This document shows positions 32,861-34,195 of a stretch of 34,195 nt of DNA, piece after piece (position 1 is the stretch's first letter; each line of letters opens with the position of its first letter). The DNA is from an uncultured Alphaproteobacteria bacterium (GTDB taxonomy: Bacteria > Pseudomonadota > Alphaproteobacteria > Micavibrionales > SZUA-601). Position numbers and translations under genes: made by a program. The stretch is taken from contig CBFGSX010000002.1 of the NCBI GenBank assembly GCA_965651535.1, forward strand, positions 1 through 34,195. Direction: 5' to 3'. The notes below the pieces were generated by a model. It was given only the letters and a program-made list of their open reading frames with translations, searched no databases and was not told where the DNA came from.

Positions 32861-34195
32861 CTAATCCTGTTTCGGGCGCATTGTCGGGAAGGCGATCACG
32901 TCGCGGATGCTGTGGCTGTTGGTCAGCAGCATGACCATGCGGTCGATCCCGATCCCGAGACCTCCCGTCGGCGGCATGCCGAATTCCAGCGCGCGGACGA
33001 AATCCTCGTCCATGGGCGGGGCTTCTTCGTTGCCAGCCTCGCGGTTTTTGACCTGCTCGAGGAAGCGCTGATACTGGTCGATCGGGTCGTTCAATTCCGA
33101 GAAACCGTTGCCGATTTCCCATGAATTGCAGAAGCTCTCGAAGCGCTCCGTCAAACGCGGCTCGTTCGGGTCGCCTTTGGCCAAGGGCGAAGTATCTTTC
33201 GGGTGGCCCGTGACGTGGATCGGCTGGAGGATGGTGGGTTCGACCTTTTCGCCGAAGAACAGCTCCACCACTTCGCCCCAGCGCATGAATTTCTCGACGG
33301 GGAGCTTGTGTTCTTTGGCGATCTTGCGCGCTTCCTCGTCGGTTTTCACCGCCATCATGTCGACGCCGCAGACCTCTTTGACCAGATCGACCATGCGCTT
33401 GCGCGGCCAAGGCGGCGTAAAGTCCAGCTCATGCTCGCCGAATTTCGCCTTCATGCTGCCATTGGCGGCGAGGCAGGCCTGGGAGATGATTTCCTCGGTG
33501 ATATCCATCATGTCGTGGAAATCCGCATAGGCGATATAGAGTTCCATCATGGTGAATTCGGGATTGTGTTTGATCGACACGCCCTCGTTGCGGAAGTTGC
33601 GATTGATCTCGTAGACGCCCGCCGCCATGCCGCCGACAATCAGGCGCTTCAAATATAGTTCCGGCGCGATACGCAGAAAAAGCGGCATATCGAGGGCGTT
33701 GTGGTGCGTCTTGAACGGTTTGGCAATCGCGCCCGACGGAATGACGTGCAGGATCGGCGTTTCGACCTCGAGCAAGCCCTTGCCGTCCAGCAGCGTGCGG
33801 ATCGCAGTGATGATGCGCGAACGCTTGCGGAAGGTGTCGCGCACCTCTTCATTGGCGATCAGATCGGCATAGCGCTGGCGGTAGCGTTGTTCGATATCTG
33901 TGAGGCCGTGATATTTTTCCGGCATGGGCTGGAGCGATTTGGCCAGCAGCGTGACCTGTTTCGCGTTGATCGTCAGCTCGCTGCGCGGCGTGCGGCGAAT
34001 AATTCCCGTCACGCCGATAATATCGCCCAGATCGAGATGCGCGATATCTTCCAATGCTTGCGCGTCCAGATCCTGTTTATGGCAGAAGACCTGAATTTTT
34101 CCGGTGACATCCTCGAGGTCGATGAACATCCCCGAATTGCGATAGGCCGTGATGCGCCCCGCGACGGTGACAGAATCTTCGGTATGCGCGCCGTC
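32861..34195 (-). CDS. lysS: lysine--tRNA ligase, class II (N-terminus beyond window edge)
   Basis: RYRQRYADLIANEEVRDTFRKRSRII, LEVETPIL, YEINRNFRNEGVSIKHNPEFTMMELY and GGLGIGIDRMVMLLT are class II motifs 1-3. The frame stays open upstream of Met 34129 out to base 34195 (DGAHTEDSVTVAGRITAYRNSG). Confidence 0.95.
   Translation of the reverse strand, partial: DGAHTEDSVTVAGRITAYRNSGMFIDLEDVTGKIQVFCHKQDLDAQALEDIAHLDLGDIIGVTGIIRRTPRSELTINAKQVTLLAKSLQPMPEKYHGLTDIEQRYRQRYADLIANEEVRDTFRKRSRIITAIRTLLDGKGLLEVETPILHVIPSGAIAKPFKTHHNALDMPLFLRIAPELYLKRLIVGGMAAGVYEINRNFRNEGVSIKHNPEFTMMELYIAYADFHDMMDITEEIISQACLAANGSMKAKFGEHELDFTPPWPRKRMVDLVKEVCGVDMMAVKTDEEARKIAKEHKLPVEKFMRWGEVVELFFGEKVEPTILQPIHVTGHPKDTSPLAKGDPNEPRLTERFESFCNSWEIGNGFSELNDPIDQYQRFLEQVKNREAGNEEAPPMDEDFVRALEFGMPPTGGLGIGIDRMVMLLTNSHSIRDVIAFPTMRPKQD

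Noticed and set aside
32844-33410. The upstream part of the 246-aa minus-strand ORF 32670..33410.
   Set aside because: It overlaps lysS in another frame and has Arg/Gly/Pro-rich shadow composition. Only the last 57 codons, which have their own strong RBS, look like a gene.

Overview
This is a high-GC chromosomal segment (roughly 60% by eye) that looks alphaproteobacterial, judging from fliX, flaF, a dksA inside the flagellar locus, and GTCAT-hairpin-ATCC REP-like elements. The first ~13.6 kb is a flagellar basal-body/hook region. It is organised as three minus-strand units, each preceded by a near-consensus sigma-54 promoter: flgI; flgF-flgG-flgA-flgH; and fliK-flgD-flgE, followed by flaF. 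These units are interleaved with fliX, an unusual dksA, an XRE regulator, metK and trmB. Next come ftsEX, alaS, a TPR lipoprotein, AMP nucleosidase, a soluble multi-PAS/GAF histidine kinase, a 2-TM protein and tRNA-Arg(UCU). After that is a very compact minus-strand gene string: DinG-like helicase, ubiE, dut, mutS, an entericidin-like micro-lipoprotein, and an AT-rich Nudix. The window ends with a 57-aa membrane peptide and lysS. I saw no CRISPR array, transposase, integrase or rRNA. The items most worth follow-up are: (1) a DksA with a ~100-aa histone-H1-like Lys/Ala/Pro repeat tail and only one of four zinc-finger cysteines; (2) a tRNA-Arg-centred neighbourhood with a SLATT-like 2-TM protein, a compositionally foreign Nudix and an ORF-track-missed entericidin-like lipoprotein overlapping the mutS stop codon; (3) REP hairpins showing compensatory stem changes; (4) hook proteins with domain insertions or duplications. 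All functional calls rest on motif recognition by eye, because no database search was possible.
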